From positions 73,005 through 103,989 of the IMG/VR virus record IMGVR_UViG_2751185775_000001: DNA of 30,985 nt; one strand, 5' to 3'. Numbering within the stretch: position 1 is the first letter of the stretch; each line of letters begins with the position of its first letter. Below the pieces are notes generated by a model. The model was not told where the DNA came from. It searched no databases and saw nothing but the letters and a program-made list of their open reading frames with translations. A program made the translations under genes and the position numbers. The stretch is from a virus. Taxonomy: Duplodnaviria; Heunggongvirae; Uroviricota; Caudoviricetes. Below are positions 1-7,088 of this stretch, piece by piece.

Positions 1-560
1 ACAGGCAGACCAACCCAATATTTCAAGGCAACCTGATTAACCCAGGCAATCCCAAAGAGTAAACAATCCAGCCAGTTTCCTGATACGTCATTAAGGTATA
101 CACGGAGAAAACAACAGAGTGTCAAAACTAACGGGAAAGCCCAAACGTCAACCATTACGATAAGGAAAGCAAGTAAATAACAAAACTACGGCAATAACTA
201 AATAAGATAAATAATCAACACGTCAACGATAACGACAACACGAAAATGACAGCATTTAAATAACGCCAGAAATAACGGGAACAAGACCATCACCCAAAGG
301 AATACCAGTAGAGCCAATAAGACAACAAAGACAATCCCTGAGCATACAGATAGGAATACACGCGGAACAATACAGCCATAGAAAGCAGCAGTAATCAGCA
401 AAGCAACAGAAGCATATCCCTGTAGTAAAGCACCTCAGAAAGAAGCCACCTGAACAGTAGCAGGAGAAGCAGTAAAGCTACACTCCGGAAGCAGTCATAC
501 AGAGCAGTAAAAGCAGCAGGTGTGACAGTACGTAGAGCAGCAGTAGAGACAGCAGATATA
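1..560. other. Strand-skewed non-coding tract (A-rich, T-poor on + strand) with repeated (G)CAGTA/AGCAG words at its right end
   Basis: Hand count about 246 A versus 78 T in 560 nt. Frequent stops on +. The minus-strand ORF 198-401 looks like a by-product of T-richness. Confidence 0.75.
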
Positions 561-646
561 AGGGTGGCGGGATTGGAGAGGGCGCGAACCTTTACCGTAG
601 AAATTACCCGGCTTGCCTCGCCTGACCGATCTCCACCTTAAAATCA

Positions 647-1041
647 GCCCTGCGGTGAACGCCCTGCGGCTGGAAACGGCGAAAGGCTGGAAACGGGGAG
701 AGGCTGGGTTCGGGAAACGGGGAGAGGCGGGGCACCTGTACTGGCGGATAAGGCATACACGCGGCTTTACCTGCTCTGCCTTAAAATCCGGTGCGGCGAC
801 TCCTGTCCCTGTCCGGTAGGCAATTAGGTTGGAATGCGACTGCGCTGCCCCGGCTGCGAAAAGAAGTTGGGTTTGCCTGAACAGCACACTCGCTGAGAAT
901 AGTTTACCAGAGGGGCGCAGGGGCACGAAGTGAAACAGTGAGGCATCAGCAGTGAAACCACGGCAGATAAAGCCGGAGGCTCCCTGCGGCGCAACCAGCC
1001 CTGCGGCGGATAGATTGTTCTGCCCTACGGCAACCTGCGGC
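647..1041 (+). repeat. Dispersed short direct repeats: (G/A)CCCTGCGG-like x6, plus GGAAACGGGGAGAGGC x2 and GGCTGGAAACGG x2
   Basis: CCTGCGG-core copies start at 647, 661, 982, 998, 1022 (CCTACGG) and 1033. 16-mers at 689-704 and 713-728. 12-mers at 668-679 and 685-696. Confidence 0.7.
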
Positions 1042-1221
1042 GTGTTTCGCAGAGCATTGTAAAAAGTGCTCCCGAGTGAACGAACGCAGACTCACTGAAA
1101 AGGTTCGCATATACCAGATAATATTCTTAAATACCTTATTTGTAATGTTTACAGCCTCATCAGAAGTGCGAAAATAACTTCATTAACGAAATGGCGATAA
1201 TTGCTAATTGGGGGAAATAAG

Positions 1222-1575
1222 ATGGGCTACTTATTTACTGTGGACACTAAAAGTGAAGATTGTTACGTCATGGTCTGCAACAAGCAGACCCGCGCAAAGT
1301 TGGTTGTTCGTGTCAATCAGCGCGGAGTCTTGTCCAACGTGTTCCAGATTGGAGATATCGCCATTGATCAGCAGGAAGTGATCACGATGCTGCCTGTACT
1401 GATGAAAGAACGTGAGGATTTAGATATTGAGCTGGGAGAAAGCAGGGCAGATTGGAATAGCTTCAACCTCAGTGCGCCAACAATGGGTTTGGTAGAACGT
1501 GAAGTTCAGGTGTTTTATACAGTGGGTGATTTGCACGTTGGCGGTGATGGTCTGACCCGTATCGGGTCGGATTAA
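1222..1575 (+). CDS. Hypothetical phage protein (117 aa)
   Basis: GGGGGA RBS before ATG 1222 (preferred over TTG 1201). Followed by an intrinsic terminator. Confidence 0.75.
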   Translation: MGYLFTVDTKSEDCYVMVCNKQTRAKLVVRVNQRGVLSNVFQIGDIAIDQQEVITMLPVLMKEREDLDIELGESRADWNSFNLSAPTMGLVEREVQVFYTVGDLHVGGDGLTRIGSD

Positions 1576-1598
1576 AACAGTAATTTAAAGGACTGTAC

Positions 1599-1620
1599 AA
1601 CAGGTGAAAACCTGTTTTTT
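1599..1620 (+). terminator. Intrinsic terminator
   Basis: AACAGGT-GAAA-ACCTGTT then TTTT. Confidence 0.8.
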
Positions 1621-1628
1621 GGGAGAGT

Positions 1629-1696
1629 GTTACCTGCGGCACTACCATACTAACTTGTCAGGGATTTCTGATATTCTCATTTGAACCGCAGGTAAC
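1629..1696 (-). ncRNA. Candidate small structured RNA closed by an 11-bp terminal stem
   Basis: Perfect inverted repeat GTTACCTGCGG (1629-1639) / CCGCAGGTAAC (1686-1696) with an internal TCAG/CTGA hairpin. It begins 7 nt downstream of a minus-strand TATAAT. Confidence 0.45.
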
Positions 1697-1731
1697 GGAG
1701 CGCATTATATTTAATTGATAATAGTTAACAA
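1697..1731 (-). promoter_or_regulatory. Sigma70 promoter of stable-RNA (rrn P1/tRNA) type
   Basis: Minus strand TTGTTA (1731-1726), 16-nt spacer, TATAAT (1709-1704), GC-rich discriminator GCGCTCC. Confidence 0.65.
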
Positions 1732-1903
1732 GTAAAAATGCGTATCATTCTAACTGTTTGATCATAAAGTGATCATGTTGAATAAAATCCAGTCTAGCGC
1801 TTGTTAAGAAAATAACATCAATAAGAAAATGCCTTGAATAAGTAAATGACGCAGGTAAGATAATAACGCCAATGACGGCAATATAAAAACAAGGTAAATA
1901 ATC

Positions 1904-2335
1904 ATGGAACAGATTAACCGCAGCGATTTAGTCTTTGACCTGTTTTACGGTTCCCGTAAGAACGAAACCACTGGCGACCGCATCGCAGAAATCACCGCTG
2001 TCGTTCGTGACCGTATGAACGGCAAAGATGTGACCACCGCCGTATTCCGCCGTATCACGGACGCGCAACGCAAGAAAACCTATGAGTTAGGCGAAGTGCG
2101 TATGCTGTTAGGTAAAGACGCATTCTGTACTGCCGTGATCGAGCACTATCGCAAAAACCCGCAGGCGCAGTTTGATAATCTCATGACAGAGGTTTCTGAG
2201 TTCCTTGAGAGCGGCCTGAATAACTCAACCTGGATCGGAACGTTCGGTCTGCGCGTTATGGGTGATATGGATGTGTCGCTGCATCTGCTGGAAGAGATTC
2301 TGAGTATTGCCGGCAAGAAACCCGAAGCGGCATAA
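1904..2335 (+). CDS. Hypothetical phage protein (143 aa)
   Basis: Clean ORF with AAGG RBS, phage-like codon use and a downstream terminator. Confidence 0.85.
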   Translation: MEQINRSDLVFDLFYGSRKNETTGDRIAEITAVVRDRMNGKDVTTAVFRRITDAQRKKTYELGEVRMLLGKDAFCTAVIEHYRKNPQAQFDNLMTEVSEFLESGLNNSTWIGTFGLRVMGDMDVSLHLLEEILSIAGKKPEAA

Positions 2336-2355
2336 TACGGTAAGCTGAAATTACG

Positions 2356-2390
2356 AAAGGCGCTGACTTGCACTCAGTGCCTTTTTTTTT
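2356..2390 (+). terminator. Intrinsic terminator
   Basis: AAGGCGCTGA-CTTGCAC-TCAGTGCCTT then a T-run. Confidence 0.85.
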
Positions 2391-2418
2391 ATTCCGCCAA
2401 AGCCTGTCACGATTTCTT

Positions 2419-2444
2419 TTACCCCTGATCGCTGGTGGCAAAAT
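2419..2444 (+). promoter_or_regulatory. Promoter-like motif TTACCCCTG-N8-TGGCANAAT, copy 1
   Basis: Same layout as 4104-4129. TG-n-CAAAAT extended -10-like element, 41 nt upstream of ATG 2486. Confidence 0.5.
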
Positions 2445-2485
2445 GCATCCATCAAAACGAGAACGAGTAAAAAGGAATACAGCGC

Positions 2486-2803
2486 ATGACCAGTTTAATC
2501 ACCACTAACACACATCCAGTGATTCATGAAGCGCGTGAAATTGAGCGTGGTGACGTTATCATGTCAGTTAGCATCTCCGGATCTGAATTTGAGCTGGTGG
2601 AAGAAGAAGTATACCGCCGTGGCGAGAGCACACCGGTTGATACACGGATTGCGCTGATCCGGAAAGTGTGGAACGGAACGGCAAACGTCACTGCGGTCGC
2701 CAAACACTTTCCGATTTCAGATCGGGATAATGCGATTAATGAATTTGTCACCCTCAGCCAGTGGGCTATCGCAGAAATGGCAGTGCGGAAGAAAAGCGCA
2801 TAA
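2486..2803 (+). CDS. Hypothetical phage protein (105 aa)
   Basis: AAGGA RBS, clean ORF, terminator downstream. Confidence 0.8.
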   Translation: MTSLITTNTHPVIHEAREIERGDVIMSVSISGSEFELVEEEVYRRGESTPVDTRIALIRKVWNGTANVTAVAKHFPISDRDNAINEFVTLSQWAIAEMAVRKKSA

Positions 2804-2901
2804 CAGAATTATCGGGGGTGGCATGAATTTCAGGTTAATTGAAATGCTGTGCAGACAGGGATGTTCATTAGGTCTTTGATTGGGCGTTTTGCCTGCTCCA
2901 G

Positions 2902-2927
2902 CCGCTGCGGAAACGTGGCGGTTTTTT
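2902..2927 (+). terminator. Intrinsic terminator
   Basis: CCGCTGCG-GAAA-CGTGGCGG then TTTTTT. Confidence 0.8.
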
Positions 2928-3136
2928 ATTGTGCCTGCAAAACTTCAATGCCGCGCTCCCATAATATTTAAACAGATTCTACTTAATTACTTATTTTCAC
3001 CGCCTGATAACTGATATCAATATGCAACGGTTATAAACAAGATAATCAATAAAAATAGGAAAATAACTAATCTACGAAAACAACCAACGGTCGCCACACA
3101 AAAACAGGACTAGCTGCGGCACTGTCAGATATCTGT

Positions 3137-3182
3137 TGTTTACGTTATGTAAACATGCTACGATGTTCACATATTGTAAACT
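3137..3182. promoter_or_regulatory. Two operator-like inverted repeats upstream of higB
   Basis: TGTTTAC-N5-GTAAACA (3137-3155) and TGTTCAC-N5-GTAAACT (3164-3182), overlapping a TTGTTT-17-TACGAT promoter candidate. Confidence 0.6.
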
Positions 3183-3192
3183 ATGGTGGTGT

Positions 3193-3504
3193 ATGCACGT
3201 CATATCAAAACTTGTATTTGTGGAAGCTGCGGAAACGTATCCTAAACATAAATCATCAATACTGAGTACGTATAAAATTTTGGCAGGCGGGGACTTCAAC
3301 GACCCGCAGGAAATGAGGAGAGTGTTTTCAACTCTGGATAATTTCAAATACAGGGACAAATGGTGGGTGATCGATATCGCCGGAAACCATTTAAGGCTGA
3401 TAGCGTATATCAACTTCACGAACAAACGGTGTTTTGTAAAGCATATCGTCACCCACAAGGAATATGACCAGTTAACGAAATACTACCGGGAAAACAAAGA
3501 ATGA
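3193..3504 (+). CDS. higB: Type II toxin HigB (RelE-superfamily mRNA interferase)
   Basis: MHVIS start, DNFKY..WWVIDIAGNHLRLIAYINF...FVKHIVTHKEYD matches the HigB pattern. 4-nt overlap with the antitoxin gene. Confidence 0.9.
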   Translation: MHVISKLVFVEAAETYPKHKSSILSTYKILAGGDFNDPQEMRRVFSTLDNFKYRDKWWVIDIAGNHLRLIAYINFTNKRCFVKHIVTHKEYDQLTKYYRENKE

Positions 3505-3926
3505 ATACTATCATCCAAAAGAACGCCATTGCCGCAATGAACAGTGTCATGCAGTCAATACCGTTTCTCGGCGGGGACAGCTCAGAACAAGCCTATCGTG
3601 AGGCACTGGTTTTCGTTGAATACCTGATCGAAAACGACGAATCAAGCCCGCTGATTGATCTGCTGACTATCAAAATTCAGGACTATGAAAACGCAGGTGA
3701 GAAATTCACTGCATTCCAGAAAGAGGTCGATGATATCCCTACGGGCGTGGCTGCGCTGAAAGTATTAATGGAGCAGCATGGCCTGAAATACACTGACCTT
3801 TTTAATGAGATTGGTTCTAAATCTCTGGTCAGCCTGATCATGTCAGGTAAACGTATGCTGACTGTAGGGCACATCAAAGCCTTATCTGCCCGGTTCCATG
3901 TAAAGCCGGAACTGTTTTTCTCCTGA
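3501..3926 (+). CDS. higA: Antitoxin HigA (C-terminal HTH)
   Basis: Y.EAL..VE.L N-terminus and C-terminal HTH LKVLMEQHGLKYTDLFNEIGSKSLVSLIMSGKRMLTVGHIKALSARF. Confidence 0.9.
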   Translation: MNTIIQKNAIAAMNSVMQSIPFLGGDSSEQAYREALVFVEYLIENDESSPLIDLLTIKIQDYENAGEKFTAFQKEVDDIPTGVAALKVLMEQHGLKYTDLFNEIGSKSLVSLIMSGKRMLTVGHIKALSARFHVKPELFFS

Positions 3927-3940
3927 TACACACAATCAGA

Positions 3941-3965
3941 TAAAGGCGACCACCGGTTGCCTTTA
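3941..3965. terminator. Hairpin ending the higBA transcript
   Basis: TAAAGGCGACC-ACC-GGTTGCCTTTA. Confidence 0.6.
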
Positions 3966-4044
3966 CATACCCACCTTTGTTTTACAGGCAGTACCAACCT
4001 CTTTTTGTCAGGCAATCACGGATACTAAAGTTAGTAGGCACTTG

Positions 4045-4062
4045 TACGTATTTGTTTACCTA
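4045..4062. promoter_or_regulatory. 18-bp palindromic motif copy
   Basis: TACGTATTTGTTTACCTA; the reverse complement is TAGGTA-N6-TACGTA. Confidence 0.45.
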
Positions 4063-4103
4063 TCACGGTAAATGCTGTATTTTCTCGCCGACGTTAATCG
4101 CTG

Positions 4104-4129
4104 TTACCCCTGTTTTGTAATGGCACAAT
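4104..4129 (+). promoter_or_regulatory. Promoter-like motif TTACCCCTG-N8-TGGCANAAT, copy 2
   Basis: TTACCCCTG-TTTTGTAA-TGGCACAAT, 46 nt upstream of ATG 4176. Confidence 0.5.
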
Positions 4130-4175
4130 TACATCATTAAGAAAAACAAGTAAATTACATAATGGAGTAAACAAC

Positions 4176-4481
4176 ATGCGACCTAACGCATTCAGCCACA
4201 GCAGCAACGAAACCTTTTTTATTGACCACGCAGCCTTAGATCGCGAAGTTGAACTGGATAAGCAAATTGAAGAACAACGGCAGGAAAGCCGTCGTCACAT
4301 GCAGTTAAAACTGCGGATCGCGGATAAGCGCCGCGCAGAGCTTGAAACCCATAAACATCCGTCAGCCTGTGAAAAGTTGGTACAGCACCTGTGTCTGTTA
4401 GATAAGACAGTTGTGTATTCAAACGGTACTGAGCTGTTTACCTTAAACAAAGATTTTAGCCGTAACCTTGTGACGTTGTAG
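4176..4481 (+). CDS. Hypothetical protein with a central coiled-coil (101 aa)
   Basis: GGAG RBS, clean ORF, hairpins and a T-run at 4510-4562. Confidence 0.75.
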   Translation: MRPNAFSHSSNETFFIDHAALDREVELDKQIEEQRQESRRHMQLKLRIADKRRAELETHKHPSACEKLVQHLCLLDKTVVYSNGTELFTLNKDFSRNLVTL

Positions 4482-4527
4482 CCTTGTGTGAAGTGTGTGG
4501 AAACCAAATAGCGGGTGACTCCGCTGC

Positions 4528-4562
4528 AAAGAAAGCCTCGCGTAAAACCGGGGTTTCTTTTT
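4528..4562 (+). terminator. Probable intrinsic terminator
   Basis: AAAGCCTCG-CGTAAAAC-CGGGGTTT then CTTTTT. Confidence 0.55.
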
Positions 4563-4728
4563 ACGCCAAAAAACGCCGCAGGGAAGTAAGCGGAGAAAGT
4601 CAGAGCACGCCGACGGGAACCGCAGGGGAGCGGTGAGAAAAGGGAGCCGACGGCAAATCGGGAAACGGGCGGTCGCCGGGAAAGGGGAAAGGGTCGCATC
4701 AGGTAAAAGAACGAAACGCTGGAAATCG

Positions 4729-4779
4729 CAAATAAGGGCTGTTCTCAAATGAGGGACAGCCTCAAATAAGGGCTATTCT
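4729..4779 (+). repeat. Three tandem 17-bp repeats
   Basis: CAAATAAGGGCTGTTCT / CAAATGAGGGACAGCCT / CAAATAAGGGCTATTCT. Confidence 0.8.
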
Positions 4780-5213
4780 CAATTGAATTTGCTGCCATAG
4801 CCAGTCATAAATGACAAGTAATTTCTTGATTTATTTTATTTGTGATCCTCGCTATCTGTAAAACGGATTAACACTATAAGCCATTAAGCCAGCCAGACAA
4901 CGCAAAACAGAACGGGCGTAACGGGTGGAGATACAAAGCGCTAAAACACGCTGTAATCAATTCTGAGCCATTTTTCTATAATCTAATATGGTTTGTTATT
5001 TGTAGTAATAAAACTGCGTATAATCGCTTACAAGTGGATTAAAGTAATAGTCTGATACTTTAATCAATGCACTTAACGCCATATAAGCCAATACAAGCGA
5101 TTAATAAGATCAGATTGTGGGATGATTCAGCAGATGCTTGAAAAGCGTTTACAGCGTGATTGGTGGCATTTATAGCGCGGATCGTGCGGAGTGGTGACAT
5201 ACCAGAAAAAAAC

Positions 5214-5245
5214 AAAAAAAATCCGCTGGCAAGTGCCAACGGATT
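5214..5245 (-). terminator. Intrinsic terminator of the 5265-5939 gene
   Basis: Minus strand AATCCGTTGGC-ACTT-GCCAGCGGATT then a T-run. The single mismatch is a G-U pair only on the minus strand. Confidence 0.85.
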
Positions 5246-5264
5246 CATAATTTTGTGATTCAGA

Positions 5265-5939
5265 TTACGCAGCAATTAACAGATTTAATTCCTCTTGCGT
5301 CTCTTTATCTTTGGTGAATACAGATTTTAAATATTTGACTAACTCATTATCTGTATTCACTTTAAAATCTGCATATCCTAATGATAATTTTCCGCCAACA
5401 TGCTCAACTAATCCGAGACGCTGACACAATTTTAACGATTGGGAAGTTTGGGTAAATCCTGAATCCGCTTTCCGTCCTGCGTTCTCTTTATGATGCGCCA
5501 TTTGTGAACGATATTCACGCATAGTAAATTTGTCTTTTCCGTCGCGGATGAAATCAAGCGCAGCCATGATATTACATGCACTCATGTTAACAGTATCATA
5601 AGCATAGGAACTAAGCGCAACAGCATTAAGAATGAATCCGAATTTATCTAAGCTATAAGAATTGCTTGCTATTTCTTTTAATAAATCCGCTGCGTCTGTT
5701 TTGGTATTCTTAACAACATAGTAAAGCGCGGAAACTACTTTATCATTACTGTTTACCAGAAAAGCAAGATGATCAAAATATTTAACTTTGGTTTGAATCG
5801 CTTGTAATTCTGCTTTTTCCTCGCTTGATTTAATTGGAAGCGCGGATAAACGCTGATCTGTGTCTTTTAATTGTGTGTTTAACAGTGAAGCAACGGAAGC
5901 AACGGAAGCAACTACGGAAGATTTAGATAATTGTGCCAT
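5265..5939 (-). CDS. Phage protein (224 aa) with a possible C-terminal winged helix
   Basis: AGGA RBS, own promoter and terminator. TQTSQSLKLCQRLGLVEHV...ADFKVN resembles a recognition helix plus wing. Resembles, from recall, a conserved hypothetical of SSU5-like phages. Confidence 0.8.
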   Translation of the reverse strand: MAQLSKSSVVASVASVASLLNTQLKDTDQRLSALPIKSSEEKAELQAIQTKVKYFDHLAFLVNSNDKVVSALYYVVKNTKTDAADLLKEIASNSYSLDKFGFILNAVALSSYAYDTVNMSACNIMAALDFIRDGKDKFTMREYRSQMAHHKENAGRKADSGFTQTSQSLKLCQRLGLVEHVGGKLSLGYADFKVNTDNELVKYLKSVFTKDKETQEELNLLIAA

Positions 5940-6025
5940 GATATTAATCCTTTGATGTTATGCGTATAAATACGCTTTAAGTTTAATTTTATTATCCGCT
6001 GCGTTGTTCGCTTTGGATGAGACTT

Positions 6026-6053
6026 ATAATAATCATTTAAAAAACCCGATCAA
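6026..6053 (-). promoter_or_regulatory. Sigma70 promoter with upstream A/T tracts (UP-like)
   Basis: Minus strand TTGATC (6053-6048), 16 nt, TATTAT (6031-6026); A-tracts upstream. Confidence 0.55.
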
Positions 6054-6365
6054 GTTTTTTTTTGCACTTTTTTTATTATTTATTTTACGTATAAGAAAAG
6101 AATAAAAGTCTTAGAAAAAACAAGCGTTTGCTGAAAGGTGTTCCCTCAATAAATTCCCTTTTATGGCGTTTGGCCTTATATATATTTTAAGTCGCTAGTA
6201 TTGTATGTTTTGTGAAAAGTCCGGCTGGTTAGGTGAGATAGACTGAACAGGCAGAACAAGCAAAGAGTCTGGTTAGGTTTATTCGGCATGACAGACAGGT
6301 GAGAGTGGTGCGTAAAATAATACCGACAGGCAGGCAAAAATGACCTTATAGAAATCCCGAGCCGA

Positions 6366-6400
6366 ATAAATAACAAAGCCGGGTTGTCACCCGGCTGTTT
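6366..6400 (-). terminator. Intrinsic terminator of the Sm-fold gene
   Basis: AGCCGGG-TTGTCA-CCCGGCT stem (6377-6396) with an A-rich left flank (U-rich on minus). Confidence 0.7.
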
Positions 6401-6420
6401 GTGGCTATGCAGCAGGGCGG

Positions 6421-6950
6421 CTACTCAGCAAGAGAACCGTCTGCTTCAAGCGGGACGATACGTTTGACGGAATCGTACATGATAATCGTAAAATCAGATT
6501 CATTTTTCTTCAGCACCACAGAGTCAAAATCGTGAGAGCCGGCAAAACCTTTGATTACAGAACCGTCTTTCATAAAAACGGCAACATCTTTCTTCACTGC
6601 GTATGCCTTTTCCAAAATCAGATGAAATGTTTTTGGAAAAGGTAAAGAGGATTTGTCAAATGGGGCAACAGTTGACTTGCGCTCGTCAAACTCCTGCCTA
6701 TTGACAGTTTTTATAATGGATATTTCGGCTATAAACAAACGACGGTCTGAAAAAACGATAACGCCCGATTTAGAATTTGTTTTTATTGGGTTTGAAATGA
6801 AACTTTCTGAGCTAATTTTGGTTATTTCAAATGAACGATTGTTCATTTGAGAAGATATTGATGCGTAAAAAAAGAACGTTTTTTATAACTTCTCTCGCCG
6901 TGCCGTTTTGTGCCGTATGTAATGTCTTTAACAGGTAGCTGCTGATTCAT
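6421..6950 (-). CDS. Protein with a C-terminal Sm/LSm-like domain (Rof/Hfq-like); 5' part probably separated by a one-base homopolymer indel near 6867-6884
   Basis: ILEKAYAVKKDVAVFMKDGSVIKGFAGSHDFDSVVLKKNESDFTIIMYDSVKRIVP fits Sm1/Sm2 spacing. Track ORF 6421-6846 lacks an RBS; upstream ATG 6950 has a weak one and joins with one added base. Confidence 0.6.
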
Positions 6951-7088
6951 TTTTGTTCTCGTTGCTCAATTCAAATTAACGCAATTATACCAGATACATA
7001 GAGGGTACATCACGATAGCCAAAAAGCCTTGATATAAATACTTATACAAATATACAATGAGACGCATTATCAAGAAACGAGAATTTGT

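Noticed and set aside
198-401. Hydrophobic 67-aa minus-strand ORF as a membrane protein
   Set aside because: Hydrophobicity follows directly from the T-rich minus strand of the skewed tract; no convincing RBS.
1627-1698. Resemblance of GTGTTACCTGCGGCA to the 5' half of a type I-E CRISPR repeat (possible RNA anti-CRISPR)
   Set aside because: About 12 of 15 matches from recall only. The repeat hairpin and 3' half are missing and the predicted transcript is on the opposite strand; no array is present.
2823-2879. 18-codon ORF with a GGGGGT RBS
   Set aside because: Too short to support without conservation or Ribo-seq data.
4729-4800. Protelomerase (telRL-like) site
   Set aside because: No long perfect palindrome and no protelomerase gene in the window.
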